From Raillietiella orientalis (taxonomy: Eukaryota), in NCBI GenBank assembly GCA_036172245.1, contig JAYWIR010000025.1, positions 1,116,001-1,180,000 on the forward strand: a stretch of 64,000 nucleotides of DNA, in the 5' to 3' direction. The position numbers and the translations under genes were made by a program. The notes under the pieces were generated by a model. That model was not told where the DNA came from. It was given only the letters and a program-made list of their open reading frames with translations, and did no database searches. Below, one piece after another: positions 28,110 to 40,804 of this stretch (within the stretch, counting starts at the first letter, position 1; every line of letters starts with the position of its first letter).

Positions 28110-28962
28110 GCTCGCGTCGGCGGATGTGTGGCTGCGGATTCGCGCATGGTACCCGAGAGTTGCGGGTTCCAATCCCTCTCGGGGAAGAATAGACGACGGA
28201 GCTAATGGGAGGCGCCTCGTGGGTTTTGAGTTCACTTCTCAAGATAACGCTGGTAAGGGCTGTAGGTTTTGGGTGTAGGGCAATGGTGGAAGCTGGAAAC
28301 CGGATACCTTCGCTGAGTGGCCGGGAAAAGAAGTTGACTCAGGGTTCTTCCAGGAATCAAGGAGTTGATTCTCTTCAACGTTCCCCTCCGGTTGAGCGAA
28401 TGAGGTCATTTCCTCCCTCCCCCTTTTCTGCTCACAAAAAAGATGTGTCTTATGTTTCTCGTGCTGCAACAAATGATGCATTTGAAGGAAGATCACACCC
28501 CGCCAAGCTACCAGTGCAAGAAAGATTTCTGCATTGGCATTCTAGAGATGCCGTGCGGCTCTCAAATCAAAGAATCAGGAACAGATTTTATACACTAGTA
28601 GGAAGAAAGGAATATAAGTTCCTCCATGGTTAAGATAGGGGATCTTCTCCTTCCGGGGGACACACTCTATCTCGTACCATGAAGTTGGCGGATTGGCACC
28701 CCTCCAGAGTGTGAAGAAGTGCGCCGCCTCCTTTGGGAGCGACCCTTCAGAGAAATCTGGAGGCACCCCTTTGGAGTTCCCTTTAGAGGAGGAGAAAAAA
28801 AACGGCCCTTTCCAGGAAGGTTCCTCTGGAGAGAATAAGGATGGAATTCCCTTCGAGATTCCCTCTCAAGAGTGAGACGAACGGACTCCTTTCTCTGGAA
28901 TCCTTCCTGGATTCATATGGTGGTCCCTTCCAGGGTACTCCCTAACTCGAAACGTTAACACG
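28110..28962 (+). mobile_element. tRNA-derived SINE-like element, copy 2 (interrupted, tail missing)
   Basis: Head GCTCGCGTCGGCGGATGTGTGGCTGCGG...GCGGGTTCCAATCCC. The body is collinear with the reverse complement of copy 3 except for an insertion at about 28424-28640. Confidence 0.75.
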
Positions 28963-28974
28963 GATCCCATGAAA

Positions 28975-29180
28975 CGATCAGCTGAGTGTACTGACTTTAG
29001 TTCCAAAAGCGCTCCTTCGGACTCTACAGCACATCAAGCGCTCACCCTGAGAGTCATCTCCACGTCTGCTGGACTCGTCTTTTCTTCCTGTAAGGAGGAT
29101 TCCCAGCTTATCTCTGTCCAGATCGTCCGGAGCATGGTTCGACCGGTGAGTCCAATACACGTTCCCACTGTCCATTACAA
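28975..29180 (-). mobile_element. AP-endonuclease-like LINE fragment
   Basis: GNVYWTHRS...KLGILLTGRKDE...DDSQGERLMCCRV (cf. W.G..YWSH...GILL...D.QGR.L). It is homologous to 38030-38200 on the + strand. Confidence 0.5.
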
Positions 29181-30293
29181 AGCAGTGCTTTGTTTGGTCG
29201 GTGGTCCATCCCGTGACTCCGAAGTATGCCTACGGAATACTGGATTCTTATGCAGAGCATCTTCATGCTGTCTGCTTTTTGGCTGACTCAGTTGCAGATC
29301 GGGTAGCCCTTCGAAGTGAAGGTCTTCGGCATCTGCCTGTTGCCTCTACTTTGGTCTCCCATCGCCTTGGCTGAGGGCTCGTAATCGACGTACATCTGGC
29401 ATGGTAAGTGTTCCCTTGGAACGCCAAGCCCCATCCAAGTCCGGAGTCCAGTGGTCGGAGCAACTTATTACCACAGTTTGAGAGTAGTCCTCTTGGTCTA
29501 TTCAGCTGTTTCGTCTTGTCGTTCGATGACCACCACATGGGAGTGATCCTTCCGACATGTCTTCAATCACGGCACCATTCGCCACATGATCACACGATGG
29601 TCATTGAAATAGTTGAACAGACCAAGAGGAATTGTTGTGGGGATTACTACCATGTTTTCCATCTCCTGCACATTTGGTCAGCTTCATCCCTGGTGGCAAT
29701 GCTCTCATGGGCAGCAGACTCAGTCGGGTCGCATAGATAAAACCTCGTGGTCTGTCGACCCGAGGCATTCTACTCTCCGCAGGAAGCGCGGTGCTGTCCC
29801 ACGTCTGCCACGGTCTTCCTCTGACCTGGGTGCTGTGTCTTCCGTATGAGTATCAATAGCGGAGTCTCCAGATGTAGATTTGCGCGTGTAGTTTGGATGA
29901 ATCAATAATAACAGACCTCTCATCCAACACCGGAACGGGATTCCTAGCGAACCGGGAATCGCGAGCATGAGACCAGTTTCGAACGAAGTTTTCCCAATTC
30001 TCCTCTCTTCCTTGTGTCATCATGAGTCTGGATGTACGAAATCCCGGTTGGAGCGAACGGAGGCTGTTCTTGTGAAGAAGAATGGGTCCCCACGGAAAAC
30101 GGCTCCCAGGTACCTCCAGTTGCATGGAACGCAAGAGTGGACTCTTACAGTGAGAATACATTTCCGCGATGATCAATTGCTGAAAGGGAAACTTTGCTGA
30201 AGAGTTCATGTTGCTAAGCGCTGTGCTTTTTCTAAAGATGAAAATGAAAAGTCTTCGGGTTCGCTTGGGAGCGTGGCAGAAAAAAAACCCAAG

Positions 30294-30800
30294 AGGATGA
30301 TTATCACCCAGTTATGACGAAGCATTCATCACGTAAAGGAATAAAAACATTCATTGGTGTGGTTGAACCCTTGGTTCTACCACGTGGAACGAACCTGCCC
30401 AAGAGCGGTGAGCAGACCGGCGAGTTCCGCTTAGGAAGCGTGGGGGAAGCGGGGAGAAAAAAACCAAAAACAAAGAAATAAAATAGTTAAGGCAAAGTTT
30501 TAAACGAGCAGGGAATCATAGTACGGTGCCAGGAGTCCTCTGCATCCTTTTCAGATGCTGGCAATTTCCGTTCGTATCTCGATCAGGTGGGACCATCTCG
30601 AGACGGTGCTCAGCAAGATCCGCGCCCAGTGGATGGCGTCCCTGCCATGCCGGCCTCTTCTTCGGTGTTTCTAGGCTGCCGCCGTGATCCCACGGAGGAA
30701 TGCCAGGGACGCAGCAGTGCGGAACACTCGAAGAGGAGTCTGAAAATGTTCCTGGGGCTGCCCACCGGGATACCTAGGATCGTAGCGAGACGATCCCAAA
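30294..30800 (-). mobile_element. LINE 3' fragment, same family as 38951-40800
   Basis: Nucleotide collinearity with 38951-39470, including the terminal aggatgattatcaccca and the hairpin at 30359-30383. Confidence 0.8.
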
Positions 30801-30874
30801 GGCGTCGGTGGGCAAGCAGCAGATTAGGTCTTTTGGCTAAGATCAGAGGTACGGGAGGAGAATGGAAATCGTTT

Positions 30875-31700
30875 TAAGTTCTTTTACCGTTTCATTGTTT
30901 TTTCTTTCAGCTTTTTCGTTTTTTCGGGTTTTCCTTTTTTTGGTTTGCTAAGTACCTCAAGAACCGTTGCGCGCCTGGAGTCTCACGAAACTCTCTAAGT
31001 GTTCCACGTCATCCGAGGGGATGTTAGCGTGTTAGCGTTTCAAGTCAGGGAGTACCCATCTTATGACTCCAGGAAGGAGGAAGGTACGTTCCTCTTACGC
31101 TTGGGAAGGAATACTGAAGAAAACCTCTTTTTTATTCTCTCAGGAGAGATGTCCCTCTGAGGAGAATAAGGCAAGAGGAGCGACCCAGTGGGGGCTGCTC
31201 CTTTTTTCTCTTCTCCGAAGGGAAATCGAAAAGAATACGCTCTCGAAATGCCTTCTCCGGAGAGAACCCACAAAGGAACCCCTCCTTGTTTCCTCCTGTG
31301 AAGACGATCCCGAAGGGAGCAGAGCACTTCTTGACACTCTGGAAAGGTATCAATCCACCAGCTTCATGGTACGAGATACGGGGGTCTTCCGTGAGGGAGA
31401 GGAATGGCTTCATTGTACAACCGGAGAAGGATCCCCAAGGGAACCGCGATTCCCTGATTCCTTGAAGGACCTCGGAAGGTCAGCTTCCAATTCCGACCAC
31501 TCAACGGAAACATCCGGTTTCCAGCTTTCCCACCAGTGCCGCACCCGAAGTCCACGGGCCAACCAGCGTCATCTTATGGGATCAACTCGGAGCCCACTGA
31601 CGCACCCATTTCTCTAAAGTCCATCCTCCACGTGGGAATTCGAACCCGCAACGCTTTGTGCAAAGCGCGGAAAGCTCAGCCACACGTCCTTGATCCCCCC
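30875..31700 (-). mobile_element. tRNA-derived SINE-like element, copy 3
   Basis: Head GGACGTGTGGCTGAG...GCGGGTTCGAATTCCC. The body matches copies 2 and 4, with an A-rich tail at about 30875-30945. Confidence 0.75.
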
Positions 31701-31704
31701 ATGC

Positions 31705-31870
31705 GAAAGCTGGACCACACGAGTCTGGGAAAAAAGGGGGATCAAGCTTTGAATACGGGCTTCATTACATGCAGCCAGATCATCCAGGAGAAAGAATTTG
31801 GATGCTTGGAAGATGGAGCCATGGTGACTAGGGGGGCGAGACTGTGTGCAGCTAGAGGAATGACTCCCCC
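31705..31870 (+). mobile_element. AP-endonuclease-like LINE fragment
   Basis: TCSQIIQEKEFGCLEDGAMVTRGARL is homologous to ACSQIIQDKEFGYFEVGTVVSSKTRL at 38.4 kb. Confidence 0.45.
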
Positions 31871-34800
31871 AGTTGCCCACAGCTTGTCTTGGAGGATAAA
31901 TCTTGCCGACCCTGAGAAGCGTCCACCGGTCTTGGTGTACACCAGCAGCTGTGAAATCTCCGAGGCTGCTCGTATGCAGTGAAACAGCAAACTTTTGATT
32001 GCCTAGTGCACAACATTGTATACGTGCACCTGCATCCAGTTAGCTCATGTCACGGAAAGAAGTTGTACGCCCCTCAGCTCTGCACCTTAGAAGAAGTGAG
32101 CATGGTAATCCTGTAGCAGATGGAGGCTGCAAGGCGAGATGCCCTCCAGATGCCGGAACCAACAAACTGCGCTACTAAAATGTGAAACCTAAGGTTTTCG
32201 AACGTCGGCACTAAATCTCTGGGATCGCTTCTGGATGGGATGGAAGCTTGTAGGGAAAAGCTTCCGTTGCTAACGGATAGGATGTCGCTGGTGTTTAGAA
32301 AATTTTTATTTATTTCCTTATTACCTCTTTTGCATTTCGATTCAGCTCACTAATCTCGTGATCCTATGATCCAATACTGCTGTGTTGTCCATTAGATTCC
32401 CATCTATGGTTCCCTATTTCCCTTGGAAAACAGGAAGGAGCTTGCAACGTCTCGTCGATCGTGAGAATCGAGGATTTCAGGAAGGGCGACTTTCCGTGTT
32501 TACATTCTCAAATAGAAGCAGAGATTCTTTGTCAGGATCCAAAGAATCCAAGAGTGACTATTTCTGGATTATGCCAGCTGCATCGAAGGTCAATGTCTGT
32601 ACGACACTGATCCTTCTAAAATTAAGAAGCAACTCCTTGTGAGTTCAATTTAGCAACCTTCTTAGCGTCTAAAAAAGAAAAAGAAACGAAAGAAGGAACA
32701 CAACTGAGGGTGCTTGAGAATGAAATATGGCTAAGAGAGTGGATCTGAAATGGAGCTACGCAAGAAGAATCGATCCTTTTATTTCTGTGAACTTGTTTTC
32801 ATGAGTGCAAAGAAGATCGTTAAAATTCTTTGGCTCTAAGAAGGCAATTCCCTTTGAAAATGCAGACTTTTTTCTTTCCTTTTGAACTTTTAAGCCTTCT
32901 GAATAACCAATGTCAGTTAGAATCCTTCATTTACTTTAGATAACGGAATGATGGTGGCATTCGTCCTCCTCTAAGAGGTATTAATTGACGCAGCTTGACA
33001 CAGAAGATGGAAAGTTTGCGCAGCTCGGCTCTCCCTGCCAAGTTCAGGTATTCAAAGATTCCCGGGGAATTTTTTCCTTCCATTTCATTTTGTAGTTCTC
33101 CTCTTCTTTTGTTGTACAAATGTCGGCATTCCAAGAATTTTTTTTTTCCCTGGAACGCGGGAATCGAGGCGCTTTCTCGTAGACTTTAAGAGATTTTCAG
33201 AAACTCTACTTGCAGGTCATTCAAAGTTTCCACAAAAATGAAATCTGCTTATAGGCGGTTTTTGTAGGGTATGAATATATCGGGCTGAGTATTTTCGTAT
33301 TAATAAACGTCCGGGAGTTCGTCTGAATCTTGAATCGTGGAATTCGCTGCCAGGCAGTTTCGTGTTCTCAAAGACACAGGCTCGAAGGTGGCTTGTCTCG
33401 CGCGGACCGTACGCGTACTTCCCAGTCCTCCGTACAACGCGGTGTTTCCGCAGCTGCGACGTGAATCGTCCAGATGTCCACTACTAATGGAATGGGAGGT
33501 GATCCGTGCAGACGCAAAGAACTCGATGGAAGTCTTTAGATGTTGTGGAAATTCTGCACACCGAAATGCTGCTTTTGTAGAGGGATACGGCTAGTTCCTG
33601 GAGGGTCTCTGGATGGTGAGTAAAGGATGGCTCAGTTGCCTCCATTTAAGGAGTCCTCACAGGGTGTACATAGCCATCCCTTTTGTGCCACCTTCGCTGC
33701 CGCCAACTCCAGCTCCAAAAGCTGCGGAACCATCTTTCCCCGCGTGCGCCGTAGCAGCCACCTTCGCTGCCAGCAAATCTGGCGGGAGCCCCCTTTTGGT
33801 TTGGCTCTTGCCTTCAGCTCGTCGCCTGTGGCCGCTGGGAGCTGGCAGATCTTTTTCGGAAACTCACTTAAACCCGTACAGACTCCATGGGTCAAATTAA
33901 GGAAATTTCTGCTCTTTTTTCTTTCTTTTCTCCAGTCCCCGTCCCAACTCCTTAAGGAGCGGGATGAAAAATGACGGAGTCGAGTCGTGGCGCCTTTCGC
34001 GTTCCAATTTCCTGTTTCCCACTGAATCTTTCAGAATCCAGGGAATCCTTGTTTCGATACTCTCATTCTCTCCCGATCCTCTGACACCCACGCCTCTCAT
34101 CCGAGGGTCTTCTAGGGGCGGTTCGAGGAGAGTCGATCGGACACCCTCGAACGGCTGATAAACCAGTCGCATCAACAAGTGGGAAGTCAAAGAGGAAACA
34201 ATCTGGATGGAGATTTTACCCTGAAGATCGTCTCGCCGCCGCTACGGCTGTTATCTGGGCGTTGGAAAGAGAGCTGAGGAGATCAAGTTGATTTCCGTGG
34301 TCTCCAGCATGCATCCAAGAGAGAGGGGGGAGGAGAAAAAAACGAACAAAAATCCGCGCTTTTCTGGTAACGCGTGGCTTTCCTGCAGAACTTCGCACCA
34401 AATGCTCCCCAAAAGGCAAGAGTGATGTCGAGCGACGACCTGGGCATTTGCAGCCGCGCAGATGGCAGGGGAAGATGGAAAGCGCCGTCTTCCTTTCCGA
34501 GAGTCCAATGTGGTAATCATAAGGAATTCCCGAACAGGAAAGGATGTAAATCTTCATTAGGACTTCCGATGAAAAATATCAGGAGGACTTCGAGCGTCCT
34601 CTTTTTGCATGGAATTCCCGTTACATCGCGTGAAGCTCGAAAAGAGACGCAATCCATTGTTTTAAGTAGCGCCCAGTCATGAGTAATTGTGCCGATGATA
34701 CAAAGGCCCCATTCATGATGGAAGCGGTGAAAGAATTCAGCCGCAGAGCAAAAATCAGATCTCCTGACAAGGGAGCTGGCATGTGTTGACTTTTCAAGGA

Positions 34801-35064
34801 TAGCTGTCGAGAGCATTGATAATCACGGGGAATGGTATTGTCATCCAGGAAATTTTCCTTCCCTCTCCGCCGGGTGGGGGCATTGAGCCCCTCAAGAAAG
34901 CAAACAGGCTGCACGAAACGCTCAACCGAGCAGGAATCACATAATTGGGAAGGAGGTCGCTGTCCTCCCGAAAACACAAAGGGAAACCGATGGAATGCTT
35001 GTAATGAACGCTCGCTACTCGGCACAACGGTGCTGCTCCTGAAACCATCTGAAGATCCACAGCT

Positions 35065-35250
35065 GACCTAAGCTGAGGGAATGCTACCTAAAACAACCCA
35101 TTCCACTTAATCGAGCTCCGAGTTGTCCTACATAACTGAACCGAACCCAACCTACTGCTACCTAATCTACTCCACGTACCCTCATCTGGCTCGTCTCACC
35201 TAATCTGGCCCTACATCACCCTTTTCTAATCCAACCTACTGCTATCTGAT
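35065..35250 (+). repeat. Degenerate (AACCT)n-like pentamer tract
   Basis: Recurrent accta/aacc/aatct pentamers, and ccaacctactgcta repeated at about 35147 and 35231. Confidence 0.5.
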
Positions 35251-37379
35251 CCATTCCACCTTGCAGCAAAACTCCAGCAGCTCTACAGAATTTGCGGAAC
35301 CCTTCCAGCTGTTCTCTGTAACCAAAGCCTGTCCGCGGTGCTCCTGTGCGGAAGGCAAAGAGGTCAGACACTGACATCCAGCTCTCCATCTCCCTGTCCG
35401 AGAAGTTCCAGCATCGTCACGAGGGATTCGGGCAGCGATGCGGTCTTGCAAGAATTCAGAAGCCTATGATTGCTGCCGGAACACATTAGGAAGGAGGTTA
35501 TGTGTTCCAGGATGCAGCTCTCCCGCGGCGCCTACTGAAAGAGACACCGGTCGTGGAACGCCACCTGCTGCGAGCTGCAATCCTAGGTGGAAGAGGAGGC
35601 GGGGAAGACTTGAGGTAGTGGCAAAGTCCTCCTCTCCATCCGCTCGAAAACCGCAGTTGTCTCGAACCAGACATTGGGAGCATAGGCTGATGGAGGACGT
35701 TTGGTTTTCCGAGGGCGGGTTCTTGATGCAAGGAGGCGGTCGGCGTTCTGGTGTCAAGGAGCCCCCCAACTCGAATTTCTCCTGCCTTGCGCGACTGGGA
35801 AGTCTCGCACGACGGGACCTCCGAGGTCGAAACTTCGACGCTCCTCGCACGGAGAGCGAGACACCCCTGGCCCAAGCTTCGTGCATTTCCACGTCTCTCG
35901 CGCTTGCTCGGAGGAAGTTTTCGTCTGTCGGATGTCGGGGCTCGTGAACTCTCTTGGAAACGAGCTCTCATGAAACTTCCGCATCCGCCGATGCTTTTTC
36001 TCGGGTAGCTATTCGTTCCCAGGAGACCCTGCAGCACGATCATCATCAACAACAGCAACACCCACACAAACCAACAGCCCTGAAAAAGCATGCTCATTCA
36101 CTTCCCCTAGAAAAAACAAAAAATAGCCATAGCCCGGCGGAACTAGCGATCACATGTGAAGGCGTCTTGAGCTTCTAATTATCTTGTGCACTGGTTCCAC
36201 CTGCACGAGAACGGCTGCTCACTACAGCTCACTCCCGACCACGGTGCTCGTTGCTTGGCTCTAAATTGCAGCGCTTTCGACTTCGAGCTCTCTTGTTTTG
36301 CTGTGCCGCTCTTTCGGCGCGAGCCGTTCCTTGACGCTGATAGGCAATCAGTCCGCTAACAGCCCGAATTTCCCAGCTAAATGCAAACATCACTTAATTC
36401 CTTGGCGTTCAGAAAGAGTGCGGGGAGAAGAAGTTCTTCCGAAGTCGTGCGCGCTTTCCTTTGTGGCAGGACACTGGTCGGGCTCGGCTCCGCAGGCCGG
36501 CCTGAAACCTTTTGCTCTTCGGAATGAGCAGAGCTTTGATGGCGAAACGCACCTTTAATTGCTGCGTCCTCCATTCCGCGACTTCCCTCTGTTCCCGCGG
36601 CAGCGAACAACTTGGCCGGCGGGAAGATGCCTAACGGATTCGGATTCCAGATTGAAACCCCCGCCGGACTCGGAGGAGAGAAATGCTGAACATCTGACGA
36701 GCTCTCATCGGATACGTCTTAATTAATGAATGACTGAAGTGAGGTGCCGCTGATTTCGATCTACGAACTCATTTCCATGGGAAGATTCAAGGCGCATCAC
36801 TTTTTCTTTTTTCGTTGCTGCCTTCCTGTCAACGAGCATGCCACCAATGATGGCTTTCGTGTCGCTTGTCTGCTGCGTTTGAGTCCCTGGATCAAGGTTA
36901 GTGAATGCTCTAAGAACTGTTTGGAATCTTCTACTTGGTTTCCGGGATGCCTGCAGCTCGTAGAGGACTCACCACACTTGTTGGGCAAGGACACTCCTCT
37001 GATGCAGGAAATCTGAATTCCCTGGCAGGTCCAGTTTCTCTTCCTATGCGCCCACTCCGGCGTCCTGGTGCCGTGGTTCTCGCCTTACTAATATCCCAGC
37101 TTATCCCAGGTGGATGTTTCAGAAAAGTCAACTACGATTTCGTTTCTTTGGAGAGATGGTCCAAGAGGAGGTTGACAGTTGTTCGTGTTCGTTCTGGTCT
37201 TGCAGAGGTGGAACGTTGGATTTCGTCTGGAAGGAACTTCGACCCCGGCAGTCACTTGGCTCGGCAGTCCCTTTTCTCGGTTTCGAGGCGCCGGCAGAGT
37301 TGCTGGACTCCAGTCGCCAAGCCACTTGGCAGCCGATAGGCATCCGCATCTTTCTATTTTACCTCTGCGGGTCTTCTGA

Positions 37380-38490
37380 ACAGAAGAAACGCCTGCAGTC
37401 CCGGGATGCCTGTCGTGGTTTGCCACCTGGTCAAGTATGCGAGAGAGTAAGTGACACAGATTGCCGCCGCTGATTGTCACAGTGGAGGAAGGGGAGTTTC
37501 CCAGGAAGCCATTCTCAGATACTGTTGCCCTCACAAGGAGGGAAGTGGAATGACCGGAGGTGCGAAATGCGAGGTCTCCGTTGTCCCCAAACAGTTTCGA
37601 AAGTGGTGATGGAACCTCTTTGTCCCCCCTCCCATCCTTGCATGAGCCCAGAGTCCTCTAAAACCACAATCGCCACTGTCTTACTCTTACGTTTTCACTG
37701 TTCCTCAATTCCTTTTCTTCATTTGCTCCCTAGTTCTGTCCCCAGAGAAGTTTTTTACCCTTTCGCTTCGGGACGAAACATGGATTTGTTCGTGGGCTCT
37801 CCCATCCTTCGCAAACGGAGGAGCAGCCCAGATAATAGTAGAGGATACTGCTTTCAGTGGGAACATAAAGGCGCTGCTCCCTCGATTTCTTCCAGAAAGA
37901 CTAAAAATCAGTGGCTCAGTCCTCGTGGGATCACGAGGATCGTAGGACACAGCCATCGATCAAAAACTCCGAGACATGGAAAGCCGTAGGGAAGAGATTC
38001 ACGCCATCGTCCCGCATCGAAGGCAAAAGGAATGTCTACTGGACTCACCGGTTGAGGCATTCTCCGGACGACCCAAGGAGACGCTGAGAATCCTCTTTAC
38101 AGGAAGGAAAGATGGGTCAGCAGACGTGGAGGCAACTCTCAGGGTGAGCGCGTGATGTGCTGTGGAGTCCGAAGGCTCTTTTTTGGAATTGAAAGCGGTC
38201 CAAACCTCCAAAAAAGGAGGTAGACTCACCCAGGTGAACGTATCAGAGCAGGGAACCTGGGATGATGACTGAGAGCCAGGAAGCGGGAGCAAAGCTCGGC
38301 AGCAATCTCCTGCCTTTTGATTTTGCCTCGCGAGAGCTGGACCACACGGAAATAGGGAAAAGAGGGATCGAACTTTGGCGACGAGCTCCATCGCCTGCAG
38401 CCAGATTATCCAGGACAAAGAATTTGGATATTTCGAGGTTGGAACCGTGGTCTCTAGCAAGACGAGGCTGCGCGCAACCAGTGGGATCAC
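37380..38490 (+). mobile_element. Decayed LINE 5' portion (possible ORF1 knuckle plus AP endonuclease)
   Basis: A frameshifted CRxCH...YARE*...CRR near 37410-37470 is followed by RNVYWTHR...ILFTGRKDG and KEFGYF...SSKTRL. Homologous segments lie at 29.0 and 31.7 kb. Confidence 0.5.
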
Positions 38491-38950
38491 TCGCTTCTAT
38501 CCTCCGTTCTTCCCGTGTATTTCCCGTGTACCTTTCAGATTTCCTTTTATCCCTTCCTGAATGGAATGGATGGCCCAGCAGTCTGGAGTGAGGAGTTCAC
38601 CTCGGGATGTCTACCTGCAAAAGAGGGGAATAGAGACCCTTGGCTCCCCAGCAATCCCGGCCTTTCTAGAGGGAAATGCCGAAACACTGGTTGGACACTA
38701 GCGCGACCCGCCTCAGGGAAGCGACTTCCTCTTAGAGGGGAAGGCGGAGGGCTGCGGACGGGAAAATAAATGGATGAGCTGGAGGCTCCAACTGTTGGTT
38801 TGTTTGCTTTCATTCTAAGCCACCAATTTGCGGTCCTCTTTGTTAGCCTGTTTAGAGTGCCAGCGACGTCCACCTTTACTCTTTGGTCCATTTTTATTTT
38901 TTTGAAAAAGCTCAGTATTGATATCAAGGGGAGATCGTTATTCTTGGTCT

Positions 38951-40800
38951 AGGATGATTATCACCCATTTATGCAGAATTTTTATCACTTAAAGTAATAA
39001 AAATACATGTTGTGGTAGAGCCGTTGGTTATACCACGCGCAATGAATCTGCCGAGGACCTTTACGCAGATCGGCGAGGTCCGCTTCGGCAGCATGGGGGA
39101 AGGGAAAACAAAAACAAAAAAAATAAACAAACAAAACGGAGGATGGGGATTTATACCCTTGGAGGGCGGGAATCGAGAGAGGAATCACGGTACGCTGCCA
39201 GGGGTCCTCTGCATCCTGTCCAGGATGCTGGCAAGTCCCGTCCGGATAATGCCCAGGCGGAGCCATCTCGAGACGGTCCTCAGGAAGATCCGCGCCCAGT
39301 AGTTCATGCCATTTCGGTCTCTTCCCGTGTTCCAGGCTGCCACGATTCCGTAGATGCAGCAGAGGACCGCAAGAGATGGCGGTAGAGCGGCACGAGCAGA
39401 GAGGCGTTCAAAAATGTCCCTGGGGCTGCCCACCAGGGTTGCTAGGATCCTCGCGAGGCGATTCCAAACGGGATGGAGGGCACCACAGTCCACTAGCAGG
39501 TGCGGGAGGCTCTCCTTCTTGCCAAACTGTTGCACTTAGCGTCCACGCTCCCTCATGTCCAGTGGTGAAGCTACTCTTTGCATGGGATTTCCCCATGCAA
39601 CACCAGCAGCGCCGGCTCCCGCCACTTGAGGAGGAGGATTGCACTGTTCCAGAACGCTGGAAGCCACTTCACCTCCTCCGGAGGGATTCCCAGCAGCTCT
39701 CCTCGGCGTAGGAGGCCTTGGAGTGAGACCCTCGGGGTCGCAGCATACGTCACTTTCCGAGTTGTTCACTCGCCCAGAAGTTTTTGTTTTTGCTGCTATG
39801 CAGCTAGTCACTTCCCAGCTTGCCGGAATTACGCTGTCCCCTGCGTACATTAGAGAGGGCAGCACTGGAGCAAGGGGGTTAGACGAGGCTCATCGCATCT
39901 TCTGCGAGTGGCGGACGATCTCAACAGCTTGCGAGTATTGACGCCTCGCTGCAGACTGGCGTACCCCGCCTCGCTCGCACCGTGGATCTTTCCCCAGGAG
40001 AAGACCGACTCCTGACACCAGGCAGTACAGTTTGCGGGGACGCAGGAGATCCAGGCGTTCTCCTCCACCAGGGCACCCATCTGGCGGAGTTGGTATCCTC
40101 AATGCCTCAGCAATCCCTCGCGAGCGACAAGGAGGAATGTGAGTCCCTCGCAGCCGGTTGCACTCTTCTTGAGGAGCCGTACCGGTGCGCACCAGGGAGT
40201 TGTCCATAGTTTTGCTGCGAGGACGACTCTTCTAAATTGGAGATGACGCTCCATCGCCTCCATCGTTAGGAGGGCCAGTCCGTCATCCTTAAGCAGAGCA
40301 CACAAATTTTTTAAACGAACTCGGGACCTCCTTGTGCCCTAAAGGACTTTGCTCTGGAGGTCATCGGTTCTTTTCCTGATGTCAGGGCAAACAAAAAGCA
40401 GGGGTCGAAGGGAGGGAGCCTCAAACGAGTTCCAAACTGCGGCCCGTTCCGGCAAGCAAAACTTGCCCTCCAGGAACGGGCCGAGCTCCATCTCTACCTT
40501 TTGGAGACGATCGGACCAGGCTTCTGCTATGCAGAAATCCCCCAATGGAACGCAAGGTACTTAAAGTACCCTTCGGAGAGATCCCTAAGCGGATTCAGTC
40601 CGACCGTCCGATCCACGTTGCACCGACAGGCAGCGAGGACGACTTCGTCGTTTCACCTCAAGTCCAGTCCCGCGGCTGAGCAACTCGAAGAAGCGCTCGA
40701 GTGCAGACTCCGGGTGGACATGGGGAGCAGCGGAAGAAGATCGTCTGCATAGGTCGACACGGCAGGCGTGCCCGAGCTCGGCAGGATGATGGACATCCTT
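38951..40800 (-). mobile_element. 5'-truncated L1/Tx1-like LINE: RT catalytic motif to 3' end
   Basis: In order: AVSTYADD (40740-40751), SRGTGLEVK, FKYL, WSDRLQKVEMEL...RAAVWN, CALLKDDGLALL...LAAKLW and KESLPHLLVDC, then a 3' UTR ending GGGTGATAATCATCCT. Multiple frameshifts and stops. Confidence 0.9.
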
Positions 40801-40804
40801 TCGT

